Shown here one piece after another: positions 12,301 through 26,507 of a stretch of DNA of 64,000 nucleotides; within the stretch, counting starts at the first letter, position 1, and each line of letters begins with the position of its first letter. The notes under the pieces were generated by a model. That model had not been told where the DNA came from. It saw only the letters and a program-made list of their open reading frames with translations, and did no database searches. The stretch is from contig OZ059894.1 of the NCBI GenBank assembly GCA_964057225.1, positions 12,400,001 to 12,464,000 on the forward strand, written 5' to 3'. A program made the position numbers and the translations under genes. Origin of the DNA: Auanema rhodensis (Eukaryota; Animalia; Nematoda).

Positions 12301-13690
12301 TATATGAATGAACTTAACAATTATTTTACCAATATGCCAATGCAACAACTTTTTCTAATGTGAGACAAATTGAAGCCTAAGTTGATGAGAACTTTGTAAC
12401 AGTTGCAGTGACCCACACATGAAAACACATGCCAAACCGTTTTTTCTATCTCACATTATAACAAGTAACTGAACAACATAAGCACGTCAAGGTTAAACAA
12501 GATTGATCATCATTTAACGAAACGTTTAAATATATGAATGAACTCAACAATTATTTTACCAATATGCCAATGCAACAACTTTTTCCAATGTGAGACAAAT
12601 TGAAGCCTAAGTTGATGAGAACTTTGTAACAGTTGCAGTGACCCACACATGAAAACACATGCCAAACCGTTTTTTTTATCTCACAGTACAACAAAAAACT
12701 GAGCAACATATGAACATTGTGGTTGAACATGATGAGTCATCATTTACCGAAACGTTCGTATATATTATATGAATCAACTTAACAAATATTTCACCAATAT
12801 GCCAATACAACAACAGTTTTTTTTAATGTGAGACAAATTGAAGCCTAATTTGATGAAAACTTTGAAACAGTTGCAGTGACTCACACATGAAAACACATGC
12901 CAAACCGTTTTTTCTATCTCACAGTATAACAAGTATCTGAACAACATAAGCACGTCAAGGTTAAACAAGATTGATCATAATTTAACGAAACATTTAAATA
13001 TATGAATGAACTTAACAAATATTTCACCAATATGCCAATACAACAACATTTTTTTTTAATGTGAGACAAATTGAAGCCTAATTTGATGAAAACTTTGAAA
13101 CAGTTGCAGTGACTCACACTTGAAAACACATGCCGAACCGTTTTTTTTATCTCACAGTATAACAAGTAACTGAACAACATAAGCACGTCAAGGTTAAACA
13201 AGATTGATCATAATTTAACGAAACGTTTAAATATATGAATGAACTTAACTATTATCTCACCAATATGCCAATAGAACAACTTTTTTTAATGTGAGACAGA
13301 TTGCAGCATAATTTGATGAGAACTTTAGAACAGTTGCAGTGACTCACACATGAAAACACATGCCAAACCGTTTTTTCTATCTTACAGTATAACAAGTAAC
13401 TGAACAACATAAGCTCGTCGAGGTTAAACAAGATTGATCATCATTTAACAAAACGTTTAAATATATGAATGAACTTAACAATTATTTTACCAATATGCCA
13501 ATGCAACAACTTTTTCTAATGTGAGACAAATTGAAGCCTAAGTTGATGAGAACTTTGTAACAGTTGCAGTGACCCACACATGAAAACACATGCCAAACCG
13601 TTTTTTCTATCTCACATTATAACAAGTAACTGAACAACATAAGCACGTCAAGGTTAAACAAGATTGATCATCATTTAACGAAACGTTTAA
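9301..13690 (+). repeat. Tandem duplication, 2088-bp unit (9 monomers)
   Basis: ORF-track pairs 10686/12774 and 10826/12914 differ by 2088. Private SNPs 'aacaacagttt' and 'ttttccaatg', and the markers 'cttgcaaa' and 'atcgaagcc', repeat at the same offset. Confidence 0.9.
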
Positions 13691-16600
13691 ATATATGGAT
13701 GAACTCAACAATTATTTTACCAATATGCCAATGCAACAACTTTTTCTAATGTGAGACAAATTGAAGCCTAAGTTGATGAGAACTTTGTAACAGTTGCAGT
13801 GACCCACACATGGAAACACATGCCAAACCGTTTTTTCTATCTCACATTATAACAAGTAACTGAACAACATGAGCACGTCAAGGTTAAACAAGATTGATCA
13901 TCATTTAACGAAACGTTTAAATATATGAATGAACTCAACAATTATTTTACCAATATGCCAATGCAACAACTTTTTCTAATGTGAGACAAATTGAAGCCTA
14001 AGTTGATGTGAACTTTGGAACAGTTGCAGTGACTCACACTTGAAAACACATGCCGAACCGTTTTTTTTATCTCACAGTACAACAAAAAACTGAGCAACAT
14101 ATGAACATTGTGGTTGAACATGATGAGTCATCATTTACCGACACGTTCGTATATATTATATGAATCAACTTAACAAATATTTCACCAATATGCCAATGCA
14201 ACAACATTTTTTTTAATGTGAGACAAATTGAAGCTTAAGTTGATGAGAACTTTGGAACAGTTGCAGTGACCCACACATGAAAACACATGCCAAACCGTTT
14301 TTTCTATCTCACATTATAAGAAGTAACTGAACAACATAAGCACGTCAAGGTTAAACAAGATTGATCATCATTTAACGAAACGTTTAAATATATGAATGAA
14401 CTTAACTATTATTTCACCAATATGCCAATACAACAACTTTTCTTAATGTGAGACAAATTGCAGCATAATTGGATGAGAACTTTAGAACAGTTGCAGTGAC
14501 TCACACTTGAAAACACATGCCAAACCGTTTTTTTTATCTCACAGTACAACAAAAAACTGAGCAACATATGAACATTGTGGTTGAACATGATGAGTCATCA
14601 TTTACCGAAACGTTCGTATATATTATATAAATCAACTTAACAAATATTTCACCAATATGCCAATACAACAACATTTTTTTTTAATGTGAGACAAATTGAA
14701 GCCTAATTTGATGAAAACTTTGAAACAGTTGCAGTGACTCACACATGAAAACACATGCCAAACCGTTTTTTCTATCTCACAGTATAACAAGTAACTGAAC
14801 AACATAAGCACGTCAAGGTTAAACAAGATTGATCATAATTTAACGAAACGTTTAAATATATGAATGAACTTAACTATTATCTCACCAATATGCCAATAGA
14901 ACAACTTTTTTTAATGTGAGACAGATTGCAGCATAATTTGATGAGAACTTTAGAACAGTTGCAGTGACTCACACATGAAAACACATGCCAAACCGTTTTT
15001 TCTATCTTACAGTATAACAAGTAACTGAACAACATAAGCTCGTCGAGGTTAAACAAGATTGATCATCATTTAACGAAACGTTTAAATATATGAATGAACT
15101 TAACAATTATTTTACCAATATGCCAATGCAACAACTTTTTCTAATGTGAGACAAATTGAAGCCTAATTTGATGAAAACTTTGAAACAGTTGCAGTGACTC
15201 ACACATGAAAACACATGCCAAACCGTTTTTTCTATCTCACAGTATAACAAGTAACCGAACAACATAAGCACGTCAAGGTTAAACAAGATTGATCATAATT
15301 TAACGAAACGTTTAAATATATGAATGAACTTAACTATTATCTCACCAATATGCCAATAGAACAACTTTTTTTAATGTGAGACAGATTGCAGCATAATTTG
15401 ATGAGAACTTTAGAACAGTTGCAGTGACTCACACATGAAAACACATGCCAAACCGTTTTTTCTATCTTACAGTATAACAAGTAACTGAACAACATAAGCT
15501 CGTCGAGGTTAAACAAGATTGATCATCATTTAACGAAACGTTTAAATATATGAATGAACTTAACAATTATTTTACCAATATGCCAATGCAACAACTTTTT
15601 CTAATGTGAGACAAATTGAAGCCTAAGTTGATGAGAACTTTAGAACAGTTGCAGTGACTCACACTTGAAAACACATGCCAAACCGTTTTTTTTATCTCAC
15701 ACTATAACAAGTAACTGAACAACATAAGCACATCGAGGTTTAACAAGATTGATCATCATTTAACGAAACGTTTAAATATATGAATGAACTTAACAATTAT
15801 TTTACCAATATGCCAATACAACAACATTTTTTTTTAATGTGAGACAAATTGAAGCCTAATTTGATGAAAACTTTGAAACAGTTGCAGTGACTCACACATG
15901 AAAACACATGCCAAACCGTTTTTTCTATCTCACAGTATAACAAGTAACTGAACAACATAAGCTCGTCGAGGTTAAACAAGATTGATCATCATTTAACGAA
16001 ACGTTTAAATATATGAATGAACTTAACAATTATTTTACCAATATGCCAATGCAACAACTTTTTCTAATGTGAGACAAATTGAAGCCTAAGTTGATGAGAA
16101 CTTTAGAACAGTTGCAGTGACTCACACATGAAAACACATGCCAAACCGTTTTTTCTATCTTACAGTATAACAAGTAACTGAACAACATAAGCTCGTCGAG
16201 GTTAAACAAGATTGATCATCATTTAACGAAACGTTTAAATATATGAATGAACTTAACAATTATTTTACCAATATGCCAATACAACAACATTTTTTTTTAA
16301 TGTGAGACAAAATGAAGCCTAATTTGATGAAAACTTTGAAACAGTTGCAGTGACTCACACATGAAAACACATGCCAAACCGTTTTTTCTATCTCACAGTA
16401 TAACAAGTAACTGAACAACATAAGCACGTCAAGGTTAAACAAGATTGATCATAATTTAACGAAACGTTTAAATATATGAATGAACTTAACTATTATCTCA
16501 CCAATATGCCAATAGAACAACTTTTTTTGATGTGAGACAAATTGCAGCATAATTGGATGAGAACTTTAGAACAGTTGCAGTGACTCACACTTGAAAACAC

Positions 16601-19330
16601 ATGCCAACCCGTTTTTTTTATCTCACACTATAACAAGTAACTGAACAACATAAGCACATCGAGGTTTAACAAGATTGATCATCATTCAACGAAACGTTTG
16701 TATATATGAATGAATTTAACATTTATTTTACCAATAACCCAATGCAACTATCTTCTCTCATGTAAGACAAATTGAAGCCTAAGTTGATAAGAACTTTGGA
16801 ACAGTTGCAGTGACCCACACATGAAAACACATGCCAAATCGTTTTTTCTATCTCACATTATAACAAGTAACTGAACAACATAAGCCCATCGAGGTTAAAC
16901 AAGATTGATCATCATTCAACGAAACGTTTAAATATATGAATGAACTCAATAATTATTTTACCAATATACCAATGCAACAACATTTTTTTTAATGTGAGAC
17001 AAATTGAAGCCTAAGTTGATGAGAACTTTGGAACAGTTGCAGTGACTTACACATGAAAACACATGCGAAACCGTTTTTTCTATCTCACATTATAACAAGT
17101 AACTGAACAACATAAGCACATCGAGGTTAAACGAGATTGATCATCATTAAACGAAACGTTTGTATATATGAATGAACTTAACTATTATTTCACCAATATG
17201 CCAATACAACAACTTTTTTTGATGTGAGACAAATTGCAGCATAATTGGATGAGAACTTTAGAACAGTTGCAGTGACTCACACTTGAAAACACATGCCAAA
17301 CCGTTTTTTTATCTCACAGTACAACAAAAAACTGAGCAACATATGAACATTGTGGTTGAACATGATGAGTCATCATTTACCGAAACGTTCGTATATATTA
17401 TATGAATCAACTTAACAAATATTTCACCAATATGCCAATACAACAACATTTTTTTTAATGTGAGACAAATTGAAGCCTAATTTGATGAAAACTTTGAAAC
17501 AGTTGCAGTGACTCACACATGAAAACACATGCCAAACCGTTTTTTCTATCTCACAGTATAACAAGTAACTGAACAACATAAGCACGTCAAGGTTAAACAA
17601 GATTGATCATAATTTAACGAAACGTTTAAATATATGAATGAACTTAACTATTATCTCACCAATATGCCAATAGAACAACTTTTTTTAATGTGAGACAGAT
17701 TGCAGCATAATTTGATGAGAACTTTAGAACAGTTGCAGTGACTCACACATGAAAACACATGCCAAACCGTTTTTTCTATCTCACAGTATAACAAGTAACT
17801 GAACAACATAAGCTCGTCGAGGTTAAACAAGATTGATCATCATTTAACGAGACGTTTAAATATATGAATGAACTTAACAATTATTTTACCAATATGCCAA
17901 TGCAACAACTTTTTCTAAAGTGAGACAAATTGAAGCCTAAGTTGATGAGAACTTTGGAACAGTTGCAGTGACTTACACATGAAAACACATGCCAAACCGT
18001 TTTTTCTATCTCACATTATAACAAGTAACTGAACAACATAAGCACATCGAGGTTAAACGAGATTGATCATCATTCAACAAAACGTTTGTATATATGAATG
18101 AACTTAACTATTATTTCACCAATATGCAAATAAAACAACTTTTTTTGATGTGAAACAAATTGCAGCATAATTGGATGAGAACTTTAGAACAGTTGCAGTG
18201 ACTCACACTTGAAAACACATGCCAAACCGTTTTTTTTATCTCACAGTACAACAAAAAACTGAGCAACATATGAACATTGAGGTTGAACATGATGAGTCAT
18301 CATTTACCGAAACGTTCGTATATATTATATGAATCAACTTAACAAATATTTCACCAATATGCCAATACAACAACATTTTTTTTAATGTGAGACAAATTGA
18401 AGCCTAATTTGATGAAAACTTTGAAACAGTTGCAGTGACTCACACATGAAAACACATGCCAAACCGTTTTTTCTATCTCACAGTATAACAAGTAACTGAA
18501 CAACATAAGCACGTCAAGGTTAAACAAGATTGATCATAATTTAACGAAACGTTTAAATATATGAGTGAACTTAACTATTATCTCACCAATATGCCAATAG
18601 AACAACTTTTTTTAATGTGAGACAGATTGCAGCATAATTTGATGAGAACTTTAGAACAGTTGCAGTGACTCACACATGAAAACACATGCCAAACCGTTTT
18701 TTCTATCTCACAGTATAACAAGTAACTGAACAACATAAGCTCGTCGAGGTTAAACAAGATTGATCATCATTTAACGAAACGTTTAAATATATAAATGAAC
18801 TTAACAATTATTTTACCAATATGCCAATGCAACAACTTTTTCTAATGTGAGACAAATTCAAGCCTAAGTTGATGAGAACTTTGTAACAGTTGCAGTGACC
18901 CACACATGAAAACACATGCCAAACCGTTTTTTCTATCTCACATTATAACAAGTAACTGAACAACATAAGCACGTCAAGGTTAAACAAGATTGATCATCAT
19001 TTAACGAAACGTTTAAATATATGAATGAACTCAACAATTATTTTACCAATATGCCAATGCAACAACTTTTTCTAATGTGAGACAAATTGAAGCCTAAGTT
19101 GATGAGAACTTTGGAACAGTTGCAGTGACCCACACATGAAAACACATGCCAAACCGTTTTTTCTATCTCACATTATAAGAAGTAACTGAACAACATAAGC
19201 ACGTCAAGGTTAAACAAGATTGATCATCATTAAACGAAACGTTTAAATATATGAATGAACTCAACAATTATTTTACCAATATGCCAATGCAACAACTTTT
19301 TCTAATGTGAGACAAATTGAAGCCTAAGTT

Positions 19331-22300
19331 GATGAGAACTTTGGAACAGTTGCAGTGACCCACACATGAAAACACATGCCAAACCGTTTTTTCTATCTCA
19401 CATTATAACAAGTAACTGAACAACATAAGCACATCGAGGTTAAACGAGATTGATCATCATTAAACGAAACGTTTGTATATATGAATGAACTTAACTATTA
19501 TTTCACCAATATGCCAATACAACAACTTTTTTTAATGTGAGACAAATTGCAGCATAATTGGATGAGAACTTTAGAACAGTTGCAGTGACTCACACTTGAA
19601 AACACATGCCAAACCGTTTTTTTTATCTCACAGTACAACAAAAAACTGAGCAACATATGAACATTGTGGTTGAACATGATGAGTCATCATTTAACGAAAC
19701 GTTCGTATATATTATATGAATCAACTTAACAATTATTTTACCAATATGCCAATGCAACAACTTTTTCTAATGTGAGACAAATTGAAGCCTAAGTTGATGA
19801 GAACTTTGGAACAGTTGCAGTGACCCACACATGAAAACACATGCCAAACCGTTTTTTCTATCTCACATTATAACAAGTAACTGAACAACATAAGCACGTC
19901 AAGGTTAAACAAGATTGATCATCATTTAACGAAACGTTTAAATATATGAATGAACTCAACAATTATTTTACCAATAACCCAATGCAACTATCTTCTCTCA
20001 TGTAAGACAAATTGAAGCCTAAGTTGATAAGAACTTTGGAACAGTTGCAGTGACCCACACATGAAAACACATGCCAAATCGTTTTTTCTATCTCACAATA
20101 TAACAAGTAACTGAACAACATAAGCCCATCGAGGTTAAACAAGATTGATCATCATTCAACGAAACGTTTAAATATATGAATGAACTCAATAATTATTTTA
20201 CCAATATACCAATGCAACAACATTTTTTTTAATGTGAGACAAATTGAAGCCTAAGTTGATGAGAACTTTGGAACAGTTGCAGTGACTTACACATGAAAAC
20301 ACATGCCAAACCGTTTTTTCTATCTCACATTATAACAAGTAACTGAACAACATAAGCACATCGAGGTTAAACGAGATTGATCATCATTAAACGAAACGTT
20401 TATATATATGAATGAACTTAACTATTATCTCACCGATATGCCAATAGAACAACTTTTTTTAATGTGAGACAGATTGCAGCATAATTTGATGAGAACTTTA
20501 GAACAGTTGCAGTGACTCACACATGAAAACACATGCCAAACCGTTTTTTCTATCTCACAGTATAACAAGTAACTGAACAACATAAGCTCGTCGAGGTTAA
20601 ACAAGATTGATCATCATTTAACGAAACGTTTAAATATATGAATGAACTTAACAATTATTTTACCAATATGCCAATGCAACAACTTTTTCTAATGTGAGAC
20701 AAATTGAAGCCTAAGTTGATGAGAACTTTGGAACAGTTGCAGTGACTTACACATGAAAACACATGCCAAACCGTTTTTTCTATCTCACATTATAACAAGT
20801 AACTGAACAACATAAGCACGTCAAGGTTAAACAAGATTGATCATCATTTAACGAAACGTTTAAATATATGAATGAACTCAACAATTATTTTACCAATATG
20901 CCAATGCAACAACTTTTTCTAATGTGAGACAAATTGAAGCCTAAGTTGATGAGAACTTTAGAACAGTTGCAGTGACTCACACTTGAAAACACATGCCAAA
21001 CCGTTTTTTTTATCTCACAGTACAACAAAAAACTGAGCAACATATGAACATTGTGGTTGAACATGATGAGTCATCATTTACCGAAACGTTCGTATATATT
21101 ATATGAATCAACTTAACAAATATTTCACCAATATGCCAATACAACAACATTTTTTTTAATGTGAGACAAATTGAAGCCTAATTTGATGAAAACTTTGAAA
21201 CAGTTGCAGTGACTCACACATGAAAACACATGCCAAACCGTTTTTTCTATCTCACAGTATAACAAGTAACTGAACAACATAAGCACGTCAAGGTTAAACA
21301 AGATTGATCATAATTTAACGAAACGTTTAAATATATGAATGAACTTAACTATTATCTCACCAATATGCCAATAGAACAACTTTTTTTAATGTGAGACAGA
21401 TTGCAGCATAATTTGATGAGAACTTTAGAACAGTTGCAGTGACTCACACATGAAAACACATGCCAAACCGTTTTTTCTATCTCACATTATAACAAGTAAC
21501 TGAACAACATAAGCACATCGAGGTTAAACGAGATTGATCATCATTAAACGAAACCTTTGTATATATGAATGAACTTAACTATTATTTCACCAATATGCCA
21601 ATACAACAACTTTTTTTAATGTGAGACAAATTGCAGCATAATTGGATGAGAACTTTAGAACAGTTGCAGTGACTCACACTTGAAAACACATGCCAAACCT
21701 TTTTTTTTATCTCACAGTACAACAAAAAACTGAGCAACATATGAACATTGTGGTTGAACATGATGAGTCATCATTTACCGAAACGTTCGTATATATTATA
21801 TGAATCAACTTAACAAATATTTCACCAATATGCCAATACAACAACATTTTTTTTTAATGTGAGACAAATTGAAGCCTAATTTGATGAAAATTTTGAAACA
21901 GTTGCAGTGACTCACACATGAAAACACATGCCAAACCGTTTTTTCTATCTCACAGTATAACAAGTAACTGAACAACATAAGCACGTCAAGGTTAAACGAG
22001 ATTGATCATCATTTAACGAAACGTTTAAATATATGAATGAACTCAACAATTATTTTACCAATATGCCAATGCAACAACTTTCTCTAATGTGAGACAAATT
22101 GAAGCCTAAGTTGATGAGAACTTTGGAACAGTTGCAGTGACCCACACATGAAAACACATGCCAAACCGTTTTTTCTATCTCACATTATAAGAAGTAACTG
22201 AACAACATAAGCACGTCAAGGTTAAACAAGATTGATCATCATTTAACGAAACGTTTAAATATATGAATGAACTCAACAATTATTTTACCAATATGCCAAT

Positions 22301-24990
22301 GCAACAACTTTTTCTAATGTGAGACAAATTGAAGCCTAAGTTGATGAGAACTTTGGAACAGTTGCAGTGACCCACACATGAAAACACATGCCAAACCGTT
22401 TTTTCTATCTCACATTATAACAAGTAACTGAACAACATAAGCACATCAAGGTTAAACAAGATTGATCATCATTAAACGAAACGTTTGTATATATGAATGA
22501 ACTTAACTATTATTTCACCAATATGCCAATACAACAACTTTTTTTAATGTGAGACAAATTGCAGCATAATTGGATGAGAACTTTGGAACAGTTGCAGTGA
22601 CCCACACATGAAAACACATGCCAAACCGTTTTTTCTATCTCACATTATAACAAGTAACTGAACAACATAAGCACATCGAGGTTAAACGAGATTGATCATC
22701 ATTAAACGAAACGTTTGTATATATGAATGAACTTAACTATTATTTCACCAATATGCCAATACAACAACTTTTTTTAATGTGAGACAAATTGCAGCATAAT
22801 TGGATGAGAACTTTAGAACAGTTGCAGTGACTCACACTTGAAAACACATGCCAAACCGTTTTTTTTATCTCACAGTACAACAAAAAACTGAGCAACATAT
22901 GAACATTGTGGTTGAACATGATGAGTCATCATTTAACGAAACGTTCGTATATATTATATGAATCAACTTAACAATTATTTTACCAATATGCCAATGCAAC
23001 AACTTTTTCTAATGTGAGACAAATTGAAGCCTAAGTTGATGAGAACTTTGGAACAGTTGCAGTGACCCACACATGAAAACACATGCCAAACCGTTTTTTC
23101 TATCTCACATTATAACAAGTAACTGAACAACATAAGCACGTCAAGGTTAAACAAGATTGATCATCATTTAACGAAACGTTTAAATATATGAATGAACTCA
23201 ACAATTATTTTACCAATAACCCAATGCAACTATCTTCTCTCATGTAAGACAAATTGAAGCCTAAGTTGATAAGAACTTTGGAACAGTTGCAGTGACCCAC
23301 ACATGAAAACACATGCCAAATCGTTTTTTCTATCTCACAATATAACAAGTAACTGAACAACATAAGCCCATCGAGGTTAAACAAGATTGATCATCATTCA
23401 ACGAAACGTTTAAATATATGAATGAACTCAATAATTATTTTACCAATATACCAATGCAACAACATTTTTTTTAATGTGAGACAAATTGAAGCCTAAGTTG
23501 ATGAGAGCTTTGGAACAGTTGCAGTGACTTACACATGAAAACACATGCCAAACCGTTTTTTCTATCTCACATTATAACAAGTAACTGAACAACATAAGCA
23601 CATCGAGGTTAAACGAGATTGATCATCATTAAACGAAACGTTTATATATATGAATGAACTTAACTATTATCTCACCGATATGCCAATAGAACAACTTTTT
23701 TTAATGTGAGACAGATTGCAGCATAATTTGATGAGAACTTTAGAACAGTTGCAGTGACTCACACATGAAAACACATGCCAAACCGTTTTTTCTATCTCAC
23801 AGTATAACAAGTAACTGAACAACATAAGCTCGTCGAGGTTAAACAAGATTGATCATCATTTAACGAAACGTTTAAATATATGAATGAACTTAACAATTAT
23901 TTTACCAATATGCCAATGCAACAACTTTTTCTAATGTGAGACAAATTGAAGCCTAAGTTGATGAGAACTTTGGAACAGTTGCAGTGACTTACACATGAAA
24001 ACACATGCGAAACCGTTTTTTCTATCTCACATTATAACAAGTAACTGAACAACATAAGCACGTCAAGGTTAAACAAGATTGATCATCATTTAACGAAACG
24101 TTTAAATATATGAATGAACTCAACAATTATTTTACCAATATGCCAATGCAACAACTTTTTCTAATGTGAGACAAATTGAAGCCTAAGTTGATGAGAACTT
24201 TAGAACAGTTGCAGTGACTCACACTTGAAAACACATGCCAAACCGTTTTTTTTATCTCACAGTACAACAAAAAACTGAGCAACATATGAACATTGTGGTT
24301 GAACATGATGAGTCATCATTTACCGAAACGTTCGTATATATTATATGAATCAACTTAACAAATATTTCACCAATATGCCAATACAACAACATTTTTTTTA
24401 ATGTGAGACAAATTGAAGCCTAATTTGATGAAAACTTTGAAACAGTTGCAGTGACTCACACATGAAAACACATGCCAAACCGTTTTTTCTATCTCACAGT
24501 ATAACAAGTAACTGAACAACATAAGCACGTCAAGGTTAAACAAGATTGATCATAATTTAACGAAACGTTTAAATATATGAATGAACTTAACTATTATCTC
24601 ACCAATATGCCAATAGAACAACTTTTTTTAATGTGAGACAGATTGCAGCATAATTTGATGAGAACTTTAGAACAGTTGCAGTGACTCACACATGAAAACA
24701 CATGCCAAACCGTTTTTTCTATCTCACATTATAACAAGTAACTGAACAACATAAGCACATCGAGGTTAAACGAGATTGATCATCATTAAACGAAACGTTT
24801 GTATATATGAATGAACTTAACTATTATTTCACCAATATGCCAATACAACAACTTTTTTTAATGTGAGACAAATTGCAGCATAATTGGATGAGAACTTTAG
24901 AACAGTTGCAGTGACTCACACTTGAAAACACATGCCAAACCTTTTTTTTTATCTCACAGTACAACAAAAAACTGAGCAACATATGAACAT
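19331..24990 (+). repeat. Duplicated block at 3242-bp offset (14 monomers): ~19331-21748 / ~22573-24990
   Basis: D markers pair as 19648/22890, 21035/24277 and 21732/24974; E markers pair as 19975/23217. Shared SNPs: 'acgtttatatatatg', 'caccgatatg', 'ccaaaccttttt'. Confidence 0.88.
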
Positions 24991-26507
24991 CGAGGTTAAA
25001 CGAGATTGATCATCATTAAACGAAACGTTTGTATATATGAATGAACTTAACTATTATTTCACCAATATGCCAATACAACAACTTTTTTTAATGTGAGACA
25101 AATTGCAGCATAATTGGATGAGAACTTTAGAACAGTTGCAGTGACTCACACATGAAAACACATGCCAAACCGTTTTTTCTATCTCACAGTATAACAAGTA
25201 ACTGAACAACATAAGCACGTCAAGGTTAAACAAGATTGATCATAATTTAACGAAACGTTTAAATATATGAATGAACTTAACTATTATCTCACCAATATGC
25301 CAATAGAACAACTTTTTTTAATGTGAGACAGATTGCAGCATAATTTGATGAGAACTTTAGAACAGTTGCAGTGACTCACACATGAAAACACATGCCAAAC
25401 CGTTTTTTCTATCTCACATTATAACAAGTAACTGAACAACATAAGCACATCGAGGTTAAACGAGATTGATCATCATTAAACGAAACCTTTGTATATATGA
25501 ATGAACTTAACTATTATTTCACCAATATGCCAATACAACAACTTTTTTTAATGTGAGACAAATTGCAGCATAATTGGATGAGAACTTTAGAACAGTTGCA
25601 GTGACTCACACTTGAAAACACATGCCAAACCTTTTTTTTTATCTCACAGTACAACAAAAAACTGAGCAACATATGAACATTGTGGTTGAACATGATGAGT
25701 CATCATTTACCGAAACGTTCGTATATATTATATGAATCAACTTAACAAATATTTCACCAATATGCCAATACAACAACATTTTTTTTTAATGTGAGACAAA
25801 TTGAAGCCTAATTTGATGAAAATTTTGAAACAGTTGCAGTGACTCACACATGAAAACACATGCCAAACCGTTTTTTCTATCTCACAGTATAACAAGTAAC
25901 TGAACAACATAAGCACGTCAAGGTTAAACGAGATTGATCATCATTTAACGAAACGTTTAAATATATGAATGAACTCAACAATTATTTTACCAATATGCCA
26001 ATGCAACAACTTTCTCTAATGTGAGACAAATTGAAGCCTAAGTTGATGAGAACTTTGGAACAGTTGCAGTGACCCACACATGAAAACACATGCCAAACCG
26101 TTTTTTCTATCTCACATTATAAGAAGTAACTGAACAACATAAGCACGTCAAGGTTAAACAAGATTGATCATCATTTAACGAAACGTTTAAATATATGAAT
26201 GAACTCAACAATTATTTTACCAATATGCCAATGCAACAACTTTTTCTAATGTGAGACAAATTGAAGCCTAAGTTGATGAGAACTTTGGAACAGTTGCAGT
26301 GACCCACACATGAAAACACATGCCAAACCGTTTTTTCTATCTCACATTATAACAAGTAACTGAACAACATAAGCACATCAAGGTTAAACGAGATTGATCA
26401 TCATTAAACGAAACGTTTGTATATATGAATGAACTTAACTATTATTTCACCAATATGCCAATACAACAACTTTTTTTAATGTGAGACAAATTGCAGCATA
26501 ATTGGAT
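21200..26507 (+). repeat. Duplicated block at 3932-bp offset (17 monomers): ~21200-22575 / ~25132-26507
   Basis: Private SNPs 'gaaacctttgt', 'gaaaattttgaaa' and 'gcacatcaagg', plus 'tttctctaatg', recur at +3932. D markers pair as 21732/25664. Confidence 0.85.
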
